Translations under genes and position numbers: made by a program
In this document: positions 34,218-43,345 of the stretch, in pieces
Position numbering within the stretch: position 1 is the stretch's first letter
How the letters are laid out: each line of letters starts with the position of its first letter
Assembly: GCA_965248355.1 (NCBI GenBank)
Contig: OZ252098.1
Span: 770,543 to 834,542 of the forward strand
Length of the DNA stretch: 64,000 bases
From: Candidatus Latescibacterota bacterium
GTDB lineage: Bacteria > Latescibacterota > UBA2968 > UBA8231
Reading direction: 5' to 3'
Notes under the pieces: generated by a model
The model's database searches: none
What the model was told of the DNA's origin: nothing
Seen by the model: only the letters and a program-made list of their open reading frames with translations

Positions 34218-36740
34218 TCAGCGTGGGCGCAGGATGGCACCGCCCCGGCGGACCACCTCGAAGGCAAGCTCCCTGCCGCCGGCGCGCAGCCGGAACCCGT
34301 CCTCCTCATTGATCACTCGCGCCTTCGCCGAGCGGCTGCAAATGGCGAGGACGAGGACGTCGTCGGCCGTGCCCGCCACCAGCCGGGTCGACGCCTCGGC
34401 GGCATCCGGGAGAAAGCTCACGAGGCTGCCCGCGGCGAGCCCGGAGGGCGCGAAGGGCACCTCCTCCGTCCGCAGTTGCAGGCCCTGCCCGAAAGCCGCG
34501 ATCACCTCCACCGCCCGAGCCCCCGCACCGAGACGAGCGCGATTCCTGCTCGCACCGCGCAGCTCCACCGGGTTCAGCTTGCAGGCCAGCTCGCCGCCGC
34601 CCGTCTCCGGTCCCGCGCCATGGGCAGGATCCACCGTGAGCCGCCGGCGCCCTGGACAACTCAGATCGACAAGGGCCAGATCGCACGCCCCTGAGACGCC
34701 GGGTGTCTGCAGGGCACCGCCGAAAGCCAGGGAGGTCTGGGGCCGCACGTAGAAGGTGCGCGGCTCCTCTCGCGAGGCGAGTCCCTGGGAGTCGCGGCCC
34801 GTCTCGCCGAAGGTGGCCGGGTCCTCCTGCCGCCTCGCCTCGCCGTCCAGGGCCGTCTCCATCCACGGCCGGCCCGCGCGCCGGTTGAAGCCGCCCCAGC
34901 CGATCTCGACCTCGTGCCAGGCCCCGAGGCTCACCCGCCCCGGCGCGGCGACGGTCACCTCGTGGTTGCGCTGGCTTTGCACGGTGAAGCGCAACCGGCC
35001 GTCGGCCTCGACGATCAAGGCGAAGGTGTTGACCCCCGTGCCGCCGATCCCGCCGGCGCCGTGGCCGGTGTTGAACAAGACCCTTGGACCGCCGTGGCGC
35101 CCCCGAAGCCGGAAGCGCATGCGCAGGCGTCCGCCGTCGGCGCGGAACCAGGGGTCTGCCTCGCATTGCATGGCGTCCCCTCCGCGCAGCCGGAGCAGGG
35201 GCACGCCGGCGTTCCCGACCCGCTGCAGCCCCCGCGGCCGCCGCCGCAGGGCCACGAGCAGGACCGGGTGCTCCCCGGGCAAGAGCCAGTACTCCTGCTC
35301 GGTGCGCCGGCCGGCGACGCGCAGCCGCTGCCAGGGCCCCGCGCTCTCCAGACCGCCGGGCACGCCAACGATCTCGTTCTGGCCGCCCACGCAGGGCAGG
35401 CTGCCGCAACTCACGGGCTGGGCCTCGGCGGCGCTGATCGTGCGCAGCACGGGATGGCCCGCCCACTGCACGTGCAGGTCCATGAAGCCGTGGGCCACGC
35501 CGCCGTCGTAGCCGCTGACGCAGAGGATCGCCGCCTCGGGTCCGTGGCCGCTGCGCATCACGGCGGAGCGGCCGGCCCGAGCCGAGAGCCGGCGCGCCAG
35601 TGGTGCCGCCCGGCGCGGTCTGGAGGGACGGAAGGCGGGGTCGCAATAGCAGTAGGCGTAGGGCCCATAGGAGATCATGCACTCCGCCGTCGATCCCTTG
35701 ACGCCGGCGCCGAAGCGGTAGAGCCGCCCCAGGCGCGGGTCGGCGAGGGCGGCGTCGCGCAGCGCTTCGTCGCCGGCCTCCTGGGCCAGCCGCAGCAGGG
35801 CGGGGGAGCAGGCGTTGAGCTGGGTGCCGAGGAGCACGTTGGCGTTGGCGGGATAGTAGAGCTGGTCCGGGATCTTGCGGGGCGCCGCCCAGTGGGCGCG
35901 GAACCAGGTCAGGGGCCGCCGGAACCGCGCCGGGACCTCGCGGGTGAGGTCGATGCCGGTGACGTTGCGCAGGGCGTCGGCGAACTGCAGGAGCCACAGG
36001 TTCTCCCAGGGCCAGAAGGAGGGCCCGTCCACCGGCTCGCCGGCGGGGCCGCAGCCGTGGGGGAGGATGGCGGCGCGGAAGCGGTCGATGACCGCCTGCA
36101 CCCAGACCGCCGCCTTGGGGTGCTCGCCCAGCAGGTGGAGGGCGGCCACCCCGAAGTGCCCGTTGTCGACGACGGCGTGGTGCCCGCCTTCCTCCGAGTG
36201 GCGCTGCCCGTCCACATCCGGCCACCAGCGTTCCAGCATCCGCACGAGACAGCCGCGGGCCCGGCGCTTCTCCGCGGCTGGCAGCTCGCCGTCCAGCAGG
36301 TCGAGGGCCAGGGCGAAGGCCTGCATGTAGCGGTTGGCCGTGTAGAAGTGTTCCTCCACGGCGTCGTCGTGGTCCCAGCCGGCGGCCGCCCGCAGCCAGG
36401 CGCGGGCCCGGCCGAGCCAGCGCCGATCCCCCGTCATCCGCCAGGCGAAGGCGTAGTTCTCGATCAGGGCGGTGGCCTGCATGGCCGTGTAGAAGGTCAG
36501 GTAGAGCTGGTGGTAGGGATGGGGGCTGTGCGGCCGCCGCGGAATGCGCCGCCACGGCCGCCGGCGGGCGTACAGCTCGCAGTCGGCGAGCAGATTCGCG
36601 AGGATGCGCCGGCGCACGGCGTCGGCCGGCGGTTGGAAGCGGAAGCCGGGATCGTCGAAGGGCCGCAGCAGCCGGGGCCGTTCGCGGCGGATCACCGGGA
36701 TTTGGGGCGGCTCCGCGGAGGCGGTCGGCGGTGCGGGCAT
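34218..36740 (-). CDS. heparinase II/III-like (alginate-lyase-like alpha/alpha-toroid) protein
   Basis: Size (840 aa) and N-terminal toroid-like region; family assignment by pattern only. Confidence 0.55.
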   Translation of the reverse strand: MPAPPTASAEPPQIPVIRRERPRLLRPFDDPGFRFQPPADAVRRRILANLLADCELYARRRPWRRIPRRPHSPHPYHQLYLTFYTAMQATALIENYAFAWRMTGDRRWLGRARAWLRAAAGWDHDDAVEEHFYTANRYMQAFALALDLLDGELPAAEKRRARGCLVRMLERWWPDVDGQRHSEEGGHHAVVDNGHFGVAALHLLGEHPKAAVWVQAVIDRFRAAILPHGCGPAGEPVDGPSFWPWENLWLLQFADALRNVTGIDLTREVPARFRRPLTWFRAHWAAPRKIPDQLYYPANANVLLGTQLNACSPALLRLAQEAGDEALRDAALADPRLGRLYRFGAGVKGSTAECMISYGPYAYCYCDPAFRPSRPRRAAPLARRLSARAGRSAVMRSGHGPEAAILCVSGYDGGVAHGFMDLHVQWAGHPVLRTISAAEAQPVSCGSLPCVGGQNEIVGVPGGLESAGPWQRLRVAGRRTEQEYWLLPGEHPVLLVALRRRPRGLQRVGNAGVPLLRLRGGDAMQCEADPWFRADGGRLRMRFRLRGRHGGPRVLFNTGHGAGGIGGTGVNTFALIVEADGRLRFTVQSQRNHEVTVAAPGRVSLGAWHEVEIGWGGFNRRAGRPWMETALDGEARRQEDPATFGETGRDSQGLASREEPRTFYVRPQTSLAFGGALQTPGVSGACDLALVDLSCPGRRRLTVDPAHGAGPETGGGELACKLNPVELRGASRNRARLGAGARAVEVIAAFGQGLQLRTEEVPFAPSGLAAGSLVSFLPDAAEASTRLVAGTADDVLVLAICSRSAKARVINEEDGFRLRAGGRELAFEVVRRGGAILRPR

Positions 36741-37828
36741 CAGAAGTGGTCGGACGCCCAGAAGATGACCTCGCGGCGGGGGAACCACTCCTCGAGCTGG
36801 CGGACCTCCCCGGCCTCCAGCGGAACCCCGCGGGCGCGGAGGACGGGTTCCAGGTCGCGGCCGGAGGACTCGCCGAAGAGGAGCCGGCAGATCAGGTCCT
36901 CGGGCAGCCGGCGCACCCACTCCGCCGCTTCCGGCGCGGCCCTGGCGATCAGGGCGTCCAGGTGCAGGGGCAGGACCATCATCGAGCTGCTTCCGCTGAG
37001 CCGCAGATCGGCGTTGGTCGCCCGCACCAGGGCGTCGACGAAGGGATGGCCGTGGGGGATCTCGCCCTGGATCCGGGTCAACTGCGCCGCGCACTCATCG
37101 AGCAGGTAACGGACGAGAGCCTCCAGGGCGGGACCGCTGTCCCAGGCGACTTCGCTGACCCAGGCGCCGTCCTCGTCCGACTCCCAGTTGATGTACCCGC
37201 CGAGCCGGGCCCCATCGCGGACGACCGCGGTGGGCAGCACGCCCCGCACGCGGGAGGGGGTGTAGTCCCAGTAGGGGCGGGGCCGCAGCAGGGTGCCGCT
37301 GCGGCCGGCGTTGTGGCGCTGATAGAGGGCCGCCGTCTCCTCCAGGTCCCGGCTCTCGTCGAAGGGTTGCACCTCGAGGGAGGGCCGCCCCGGCGCCGGA
37401 GACTCGTGCAGTTCGGCGCGGAATCCCATGAGGGATACGCAGGACCACCCGATGCGCCGGTAGAAGCGCTCCGGGATCGCCGAGAACAGCAGGCCCAGAT
37501 CGTAGCCGTCGTCGCGCATGTGCGCGGCCGTGTGAGTCATGAGCCGCGTCGCCAGGCCGCGCCGCCGGTGGTCGGGATGGGTGGTGACGCCGCCGATGCC
37601 GCCCATGCGCACCGGCGTGGAGCCGAGGTGGACGTGCCGGTCCCAGATGCGCAGGGCCGACACCAGGCGACCATCGAGGTCGACGACCTGGGTGTGCGAC
37701 GGGCGCCAGGTGGGATCGCCTTCGATGTAGCCCCGGTAGCGCTCGTGGCCTCGGGGGTTGTGGGAGGTGCAGAGGAGGTCGATGAGCTCGTCGAGCTCGG
37801 ATTCGCGGAGGGGGCGGATGGTCTCCAT
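36740..37828 (-). CDS. GNAT-family N-acetyltransferase, Eis-like long form
   Basis: Acetyl-CoA-binding motif GIGGVTTHPDHRRRGLATRLM; 362 aa; its stop overlaps the downstream ATG. Confidence 0.7.
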   Translation of the reverse strand: METIRPLRESELDELIDLLCTSHNPRGHERYRGYIEGDPTWRPSHTQVVDLDGRLVSALRIWDRHVHLGSTPVRMGGIGGVTTHPDHRRRGLATRLMTHTAAHMRDDGYDLGLLFSAIPERFYRRIGWSCVSLMGFRAELHESPAPGRPSLEVQPFDESRDLEETAALYQRHNAGRSGTLLRPRPYWDYTPSRVRGVLPTAVVRDGARLGGYINWESDEDGAWVSEVAWDSGPALEALVRYLLDECAAQLTRIQGEIPHGHPFVDALVRATNADLRLSGSSSMMVLPLHLDALIARAAPEAAEWVRRLPEDLICRLLFGESSGRDLEPVLRARGVPLEAGEVRQLEEWFPRREVIFWASDHF

Positions 37829-37951
37829 GGAATCAGGCAGGGGAGGCGCGGACCAGGGCGCCGCGGTGTTCGCCGCGGGGGAGCGTGGCCCTCGGGGGGC
37901 GGTTGCCCCTGGGCGTGGGATGTATCAAGCTCATGGGAGGAGACAAGATAG

Positions 37952-38737
37952 ATGCCCATGCGTGAAGGTGACGACCAGGCCATGACCCTGTCGGACACGA
38001 CGGCCCTGGTGACGGGCGGAGGCAGGGGCATCGGCCGGGCCGTGGCCGAGGCCCTGGCGGCGGCCGGCGCCGCCGTGGTGGTGAACTACCTGGCCGACGA
38101 GGCCGCGGCGAGCCGGACGGTGGCCGGCATCCGGGCCTCCGGAGGGCGGGCCTGGGCCGTGCAGGCGGACGTGGCGGACCCGGGTCAGGTGGAGGCCCTG
38201 TTCGCCCAGGCGGGGCGGCACCTCGGCGACCGTCTCGACATCCTGGTGAACAACGCCGGCGGCCCGGGGACGCGCCGGACGGTCGGGGAGATGACCCTGG
38301 AGGAGTGGCGGCGCTGCCTGGCCGTGAACCTCGACGGCGTCTTCCTGTGCACCCGGGCGGCCCTGCCGCTGCTGGCCGACGGCCGCGGGCGCATCGTCAA
38401 CGTCACCTCCATCTCGGCGCGCACGGGCGGCCCTCCGGGCGCCGGCCACTATGCCGCCGCCAAGGGCGGGGTCAGCAACTTCACGCGGACCTGCGCCAAG
38501 GAGCTGGCGCCGCGGGGCATCACCGTCAACGGCGTCGCCCCGGGCGTGATCGACACCGACCTGCACCGGCGGGGCACGTCTGCGGAGGAGCTGGCGGCGG
38601 TGACCGCCCAGGTCCCCCTCGAGCGCCTCGGCACGTCCGAGGAGGTCGCCGCCGCGGTGGTCTTCCTCTGCGGCGAGGAGGCCCGCTACATCACCGGCGA
38701 GATCCTCGAGGTCAACGGCGGCCTGCGCATGGACTGA
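37952..38737 (+). CDS. SDR-family oxidoreductase (FabG-like)
   Basis: TGGGRGIGRAVA motif and YAAAK active site. Confidence 0.85.
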   Translation: MPMREGDDQAMTLSDTTALVTGGGRGIGRAVAEALAAAGAAVVVNYLADEAAASRTVAGIRASGGRAWAVQADVADPGQVEALFAQAGRHLGDRLDILVNNAGGPGTRRTVGEMTLEEWRRCLAVNLDGVFLCTRAALPLLADGRGRIVNVTSISARTGGPPGAGHYAAAKGGVSNFTRTCAKELAPRGITVNGVAPGVIDTDLHRRGTSAEELAAVTAQVPLERLGTSEEVAAAVVFLCGEEARYITGEILEVNGGLRMD

Positions 38738-38774
38738 GGCCGAGCCGCTGCGGCCCGGCTGACGAGCACGAGGA

Positions 38775-40724
38775 TTGAAGATTCTGCAGTCTCGCCAAAC
38801 CTCGGGAGTGACGTTGCGCGCGGTGCTCACCGGCGCGGTGCTGATGGGGGCCATCTGCGTGCTCGGCCCCTGGGCGATCCTGATGGTCAAGGGATCGCAG
38901 TTGGCCACCACCTCCATCCCCCTCATGGCCGTTCTGTTCCTCTTCGGGCTGACCGCCGTGGCCGGGCCGGCGCTGGGCGCGCTCCACCGCCGGCTGGCCT
39001 TCTCGCGCTCCGAGGTGATCACCGTCTACGGGATGATGCTGGTGGGTGCGACCATCGTCACCAGCTTCACCGGCCACTTCCTGTCGGTCATCACCGGCGC
39101 CATGTACTACGCCAGTCCCGAGAACGACTGGAAGGCCCTGTTCGTGGAGCACCAGCATCCCTGGGTGACGCCCACGGACCCCCGGGCCGTGCAGTTCCTC
39201 TTCGAGGGCCTTCCGCAGGGCATGGCCGTCCCCTGGTCGGCCTGGGCCCTCACCCTGGCCGTCTGGATGCCCTTCATGGCCGCCCTCTACTGGGTCGTCT
39301 TCTGCCTGGCGGTGCTGCTGCGCGGCCAGTGGATCGAGAACGAGCGGCTGCTCTTTCCGCTGACGAGCCTGCCCCTGGCGATGATGCAGGATCCGGGGAG
39401 CTCCGCAAGCCGATTCAGCCCCCTGCTGAGAAGCCGGCTCATGTGGCTGGGATTCGCCGTGCCCTTGCTGCTGCACTCGTGGAATTCCCTCTCCGCCTAC
39501 CACGACGGCATTCAGGCCGTGGCCCTGACCGGCTCCTTCAGCCTGTTGCAGGGGCAGGTGAGGGTGCCCTTTCGCCTCAACCTGCCGATCATCGGGGTGG
39601 GTTACCTGATGTCCCTGGGGGTCTCCTTCAGCATCTGGTTCTTCTTCGTCCTGGGCGTCGTGCAGACCTGGCTCTTCACGCGCATCGGCCTGGACATCGG
39701 CGGCGGCGACGTGTGGAACTCCGGGGGAGGACCGGCGGCGATCATGCACCAGCAGGCCGGGGGCCTCGTGGTCCTGGTGGGATTCGTGCTGTGGACGGCG
39801 CGGCGGCACCTGGCCGGACAGGTGCGCCAGGCCCTGGACAACAAGGGGGGCGACGGGGAGGTCGTGGCGCCGCGCACGGCGGTCCTCGGCCTGGTGGTGG
39901 GCGTGGCCGTCCTGGTGGCGTGGCTCACTCTGACCGGCCTCAGCCTGTACGTGGCCGTGCTGCTGGTGCTCGGGGCCCTGATCGTGTACATCGGCGTGTC
40001 CCGCATCATCTGCGAGGCCGGCCTCCCCGGCGTCCAGACGCCCATGGTGCCCCAGGCCTTCATCACCCGCGGTTTCGGGCCGGGCGTGCTGGGCCTGCGG
40101 AACATGACCGGACTGGGGTTGAGCACGGTCTGGGTGGGGGCCGGGGGGATCACCACCATGATGGGCGCCATGCTTCACACCTTCAAATTGAAGTCCACCG
40201 CGGGAGAGCGGCCGGACCGGCGCCTGCCCTGGATCTTCCTGGCCGCCATCGCAATCGGCATGGCCGGCTCGATCTGGGTCACCATGGGCTTCTCCTACGC
40301 CCACGGCGGCATCAACCTGCACGGGTGGTACTTCGAGGGAGCGCCCAGGTGGCCCCTGACCTACATGGCCTCCGTGTACAACGATCCGGAGTCCTCCTTC
40401 GCGCCGCGGATGCTGTTCACCGCCCTCGGAGGCAGCTTCATGGGCCTGCTCCTGTTCCTGCGCCAGCGCTTCCCCTGGTGGCCCCTCCACCCCATCGGCT
40501 ATCCCATCGCCACCACCTACCCCATCTCCTCCTACGACTGGTTCGCCCTCTTGCTGGCCTGGGTCCTCAAGGGGCTGACCCTGCGCCACGGCGGGGTGCG
40601 GACCTACCGCTCCCTTCTGCCCTTTTTCCTGGGGTTGATCCTGGGCGAGTTCTCCACCGCCTGCCTGTGGGTCTTCATCGACGGGGCCCATGGCGTGGAA
40701 GGGAACATGATCGTCAACTTCTGA
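38775..40724 (+). CDS. large polytopic membrane protein (about 16 TM), family not recognised
   Basis: 649 aa, hydrophobic throughout; paralog of 43346-45292. Confidence 0.8.
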   Translation: MKILQSRQTSGVTLRAVLTGAVLMGAICVLGPWAILMVKGSQLATTSIPLMAVLFLFGLTAVAGPALGALHRRLAFSRSEVITVYGMMLVGATIVTSFTGHFLSVITGAMYYASPENDWKALFVEHQHPWVTPTDPRAVQFLFEGLPQGMAVPWSAWALTLAVWMPFMAALYWVVFCLAVLLRGQWIENERLLFPLTSLPLAMMQDPGSSASRFSPLLRSRLMWLGFAVPLLLHSWNSLSAYHDGIQAVALTGSFSLLQGQVRVPFRLNLPIIGVGYLMSLGVSFSIWFFFVLGVVQTWLFTRIGLDIGGGDVWNSGGGPAAIMHQQAGGLVVLVGFVLWTARRHLAGQVRQALDNKGGDGEVVAPRTAVLGLVVGVAVLVAWLTLTGLSLYVAVLLVLGALIVYIGVSRIICEAGLPGVQTPMVPQAFITRGFGPGVLGLRNMTGLGLSTVWVGAGGITTMMGAMLHTFKLKSTAGERPDRRLPWIFLAAIAIGMAGSIWVTMGFSYAHGGINLHGWYFEGAPRWPLTYMASVYNDPESSFAPRMLFTALGGSFMGLLLFLRQRFPWWPLHPIGYPIATTYPISSYDWFALLLAWVLKGLTLRHGGVRTYRSLLPFFLGLILGEFSTACLWVFIDGAHGVEGNMIVNF

Positions 40725-40862
40725 GTCGCGGCACCCCCTTCGCCTCGCCGGTTCCGCGACTGCCATCAAGGAGAGTAGCCGCCGCCCCTCCGGGAAGTTG
40801 GCCGCGGCCGGGCACCGCCCAGCTCCCTCCTGCAGCGAGGATCCCGGCCACTCGAATCAGGA

Positions 40863-42103
40863 ATGGAGATGATACAGATGCCCATGCGCGAACGGCCCGA
40901 CCTGTTGTCCGAGGACAGCCCCGAGGGTCTGCAGGTCTTCCAGCTGACCACGGAGGAGACGCCCTCCTCCCACATCTACATGGAGGCGCAGATCTTCACG
41001 CCGGACTCGCGGCGGTTCCTCCTCCATCACCCGGCCCGCGCCCACGGTATCGATTTCATGGACCCGGCCCGCCGCTACCTGATCTGCGACCTCGACGCCG
41101 GCGGCGGACTGACGCCGATCACCGAGGAGGTGGGGGCCGCGGCGCCGTCGGTGTCACCCGACGGCGAGCATCTCTACTACTTCGTCGACGGCACGAGCCC
41201 CGGCGCGGGCGGGCGGCTGACCCTGAAGCGGGTGCGCATGGACGGCACCGGGCGCGAGGAGATCGCCGGCCTCGACGGAGTCCCCTCCGGGTGGCCGGGA
41301 CCGTTCTCGCGTCCGTACTCGCTGTCGACGATCTCCTCCGGGGGCGACCGGCTGGCGATCTCGGGTTTCCTCGGCGACGGCTCCTCGGAGGACGCACCGT
41401 GGGGGCTGCTGGTCTTCGACGTCGCCACCGGCGGCGTCGAGCTGATCCTGCAGGGGCCGTCCTGGTGCAACGTCCACGCCCAGATCCGGAGGCCGCCCGC
41501 GACATCCTCGTGCAGGAGAATCACGGCAACCGCTGCGACGCCACGGGCCGGTGCACGCGGCTGGTGGGGGGCGACGGCGCCGACGTGCACGTCATCCGCG
41601 ACGACGGCACCGATTTCCGCGACCTGCCGTGGGGGCGCGACGGCAACGAGTTCTGCCAGGGTCACCAGTGCTGGATCGGCCGCAGCGAGCGCGCCATCAC
41701 CAGCACCATGACGCGAGAGCCCGCCGGCTGCGAGCTGATCGAAGGGCGCGCCGCCCCCCACGCCGGCCACCAGGGCCTGCGCACGCCGGGGGGAGAGCGC
41801 AACGACCTCTCCCGCGGCTTCCCGGAGCCCGGTTTCTGCCACTTCGCCACCGATATCGCCGGACGGCGGCTGATCTCGGACTCCGGTCCCCGGGACGGCG
41901 GCGGCGGTCTGTGGCTGGGCCGCCTGCCCGCCGCCGGGCAGGGGCCGATGGAGGACTGGACCTGGCTGCTGAACCCGCGCTCGTCGTGGCGCAAGGAGAG
42001 CCATATCCACCCCTTCCTGTCGCCGGACGGACGCACGGGGTTCTTCAACTCCGACGAGAGCGGGACCCACCAGTGCTACATGGTGAGGGGCTGGGAGGGC
42101 TGA
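40863..42103 (+). pseudogene. oligogalacturonate-lyase-like beta-propeller gene, frame broken near 41480-41500
   Basis: N-terminal and C-terminal halves lie in different frames; could be a real frameshift or a sequencing error. Confidence 0.5.
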
Positions 42104-42118
42104 GCCGGGGGGCGGAGC

Positions 42119-43210
42119 TCAGTTGCCGAAGCCCTCGCTGTCGTAGCGGGCGCGGATGCGCCCCTCGTCCTCGGTGTTGGAGTTGCCGTGGACGGCGACC
42201 TCGAGCAGTTCCTCGTTGGCCTCGGGATTGGTGATCGGGCTCGTGTAGGTGAGCAGGTAGAAGCTCCGCGACAGGTTGGTGATCTCCGACTGGATGTCGA
42301 GGAAGACCTGCTCCAGCTCGGAGATGATGTCGGCCTCGAAGAAGCCCATGGTGCGGAAGGTGAGCCGCTGCAGGGGCCCCCGCTCCAGATCCTCGGTGTT
42401 GAGGGCGGCGACATAGATCTTCTTGAGCTCTCCGTCGGCGCCCCTCATGGATTCGATGGCGTCCTGCACGTTCAGGCTCGGGTCGGCGTTGTGGAAGCCG
42501 TCGGTGAAGACCACCAGGCTGCCGTCGACGATCTCCGTCATCGAGACCTGGTCCTCCCAGCGGTCGGCCACGTCGATGATCGCCCCGAAGAGGTTGGTGG
42601 AGGGGACCAGGTCCTCCTCCCGGATCGAGGCCACGGCGTCGGCGAGGGTCGCGGCGTCGGAGGTGAAGTCCTGGATCAGCTGCGTCTCGCTGTCGAAGAC
42701 GTAGACGGCGATCTCCTGGTTGTCGGTGACGCTGCCCACCAGGGCGGTGACCGCTTCCTTGATCTGCGGCACCAGGCCCTGAACGCTCGAACTCATGTCG
42801 AGGAGGAGCACGGTGGGGATGGTGAAGGGAATGGCCGAGGTGCTGACCGTCACGTTCGACTCGACGCCGACCTTGCGGCCGTTCTCGGCGACGACGAAGT
42901 CCGCCTCCCCGAGCCCGGCCACGCCGTGGCCCTCGTCGTCCTTCACCTGCAGCAGGAGGCGCACCTCGCGGGCCTGCGGATCGACGGAGAGCTCGAACTC
43001 GGTGAGGTGGTAGAACCGGTCGGGGTCGTAGGTGCAGCTGCCGTCGTCGGTGTTGGCGGAGCGCGAGAAGTTGGTGCCCGCCATGTCGGTGCAGCCCTCG
43101 ATCTCGGGCTCGTCGGGGACGAGCACCGGGTTGTTGCCGCCGCCGCCGCCGCCGCAGCCGGTGGCCGCGGCCGCCGCGAGGCCCATCAGAAAGAGTACCC
43201 GTCGTCTCAT
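42119..43210 (-). CDS. VWA-domain lipoprotein
   Basis: Lipobox AATGC and MIDAS-like DMSSS motif. Confidence 0.8.
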   Translation of the reverse strand: MRRRVLFLMGLAAAAATGCGGGGGGNNPVLVPDEPEIEGCTDMAGTNFSRSANTDDGSCTYDPDRFYHLTEFELSVDPQAREVRLLLQVKDDEGHGVAGLGEADFVVAENGRKVGVESNVTVSTSAIPFTIPTVLLLDMSSSVQGLVPQIKEAVTALVGSVTDNQEIAVYVFDSETQLIQDFTSDAATLADAVASIREEDLVPSTNLFGAIIDVADRWEDQVSMTEIVDGSLVVFTDGFHNADPSLNVQDAIESMRGADGELKKIYVAALNTEDLERGPLQRLTFRTMGFFEADIISELEQVFLDIQSEITNLSRSFYLLTYTSPITNPEANEELLEVAVHGNSNTEDEGRIRARYDSEGFGN

Positions 43211-43345
43211 CGTCGCCTTTCCACTGATTCGGTTCTTCGATAACGACGTTCCCGCAGCATGTCAAGCAGGGGGAACGGTCCGCCGCGCCTTGAGGGAGTC
43301 GGGGCGGCGGGGTAAGATGAAGGGCATGATGGACGAGACCTCCCG

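Noticed and set aside
37925-37960. A shared string of about 17 nt, AGATGCCCATGCG(T/C)GAA, at the starts of two genes (37933-37950 and 40872-40890); both proteins begin MPMRE.
   Set aside because: Only two occurrences, and the match covers the start codon and the first codons. It is probably coincidence or a shared translation-initiation context, with no evidence for a mobile repeat.
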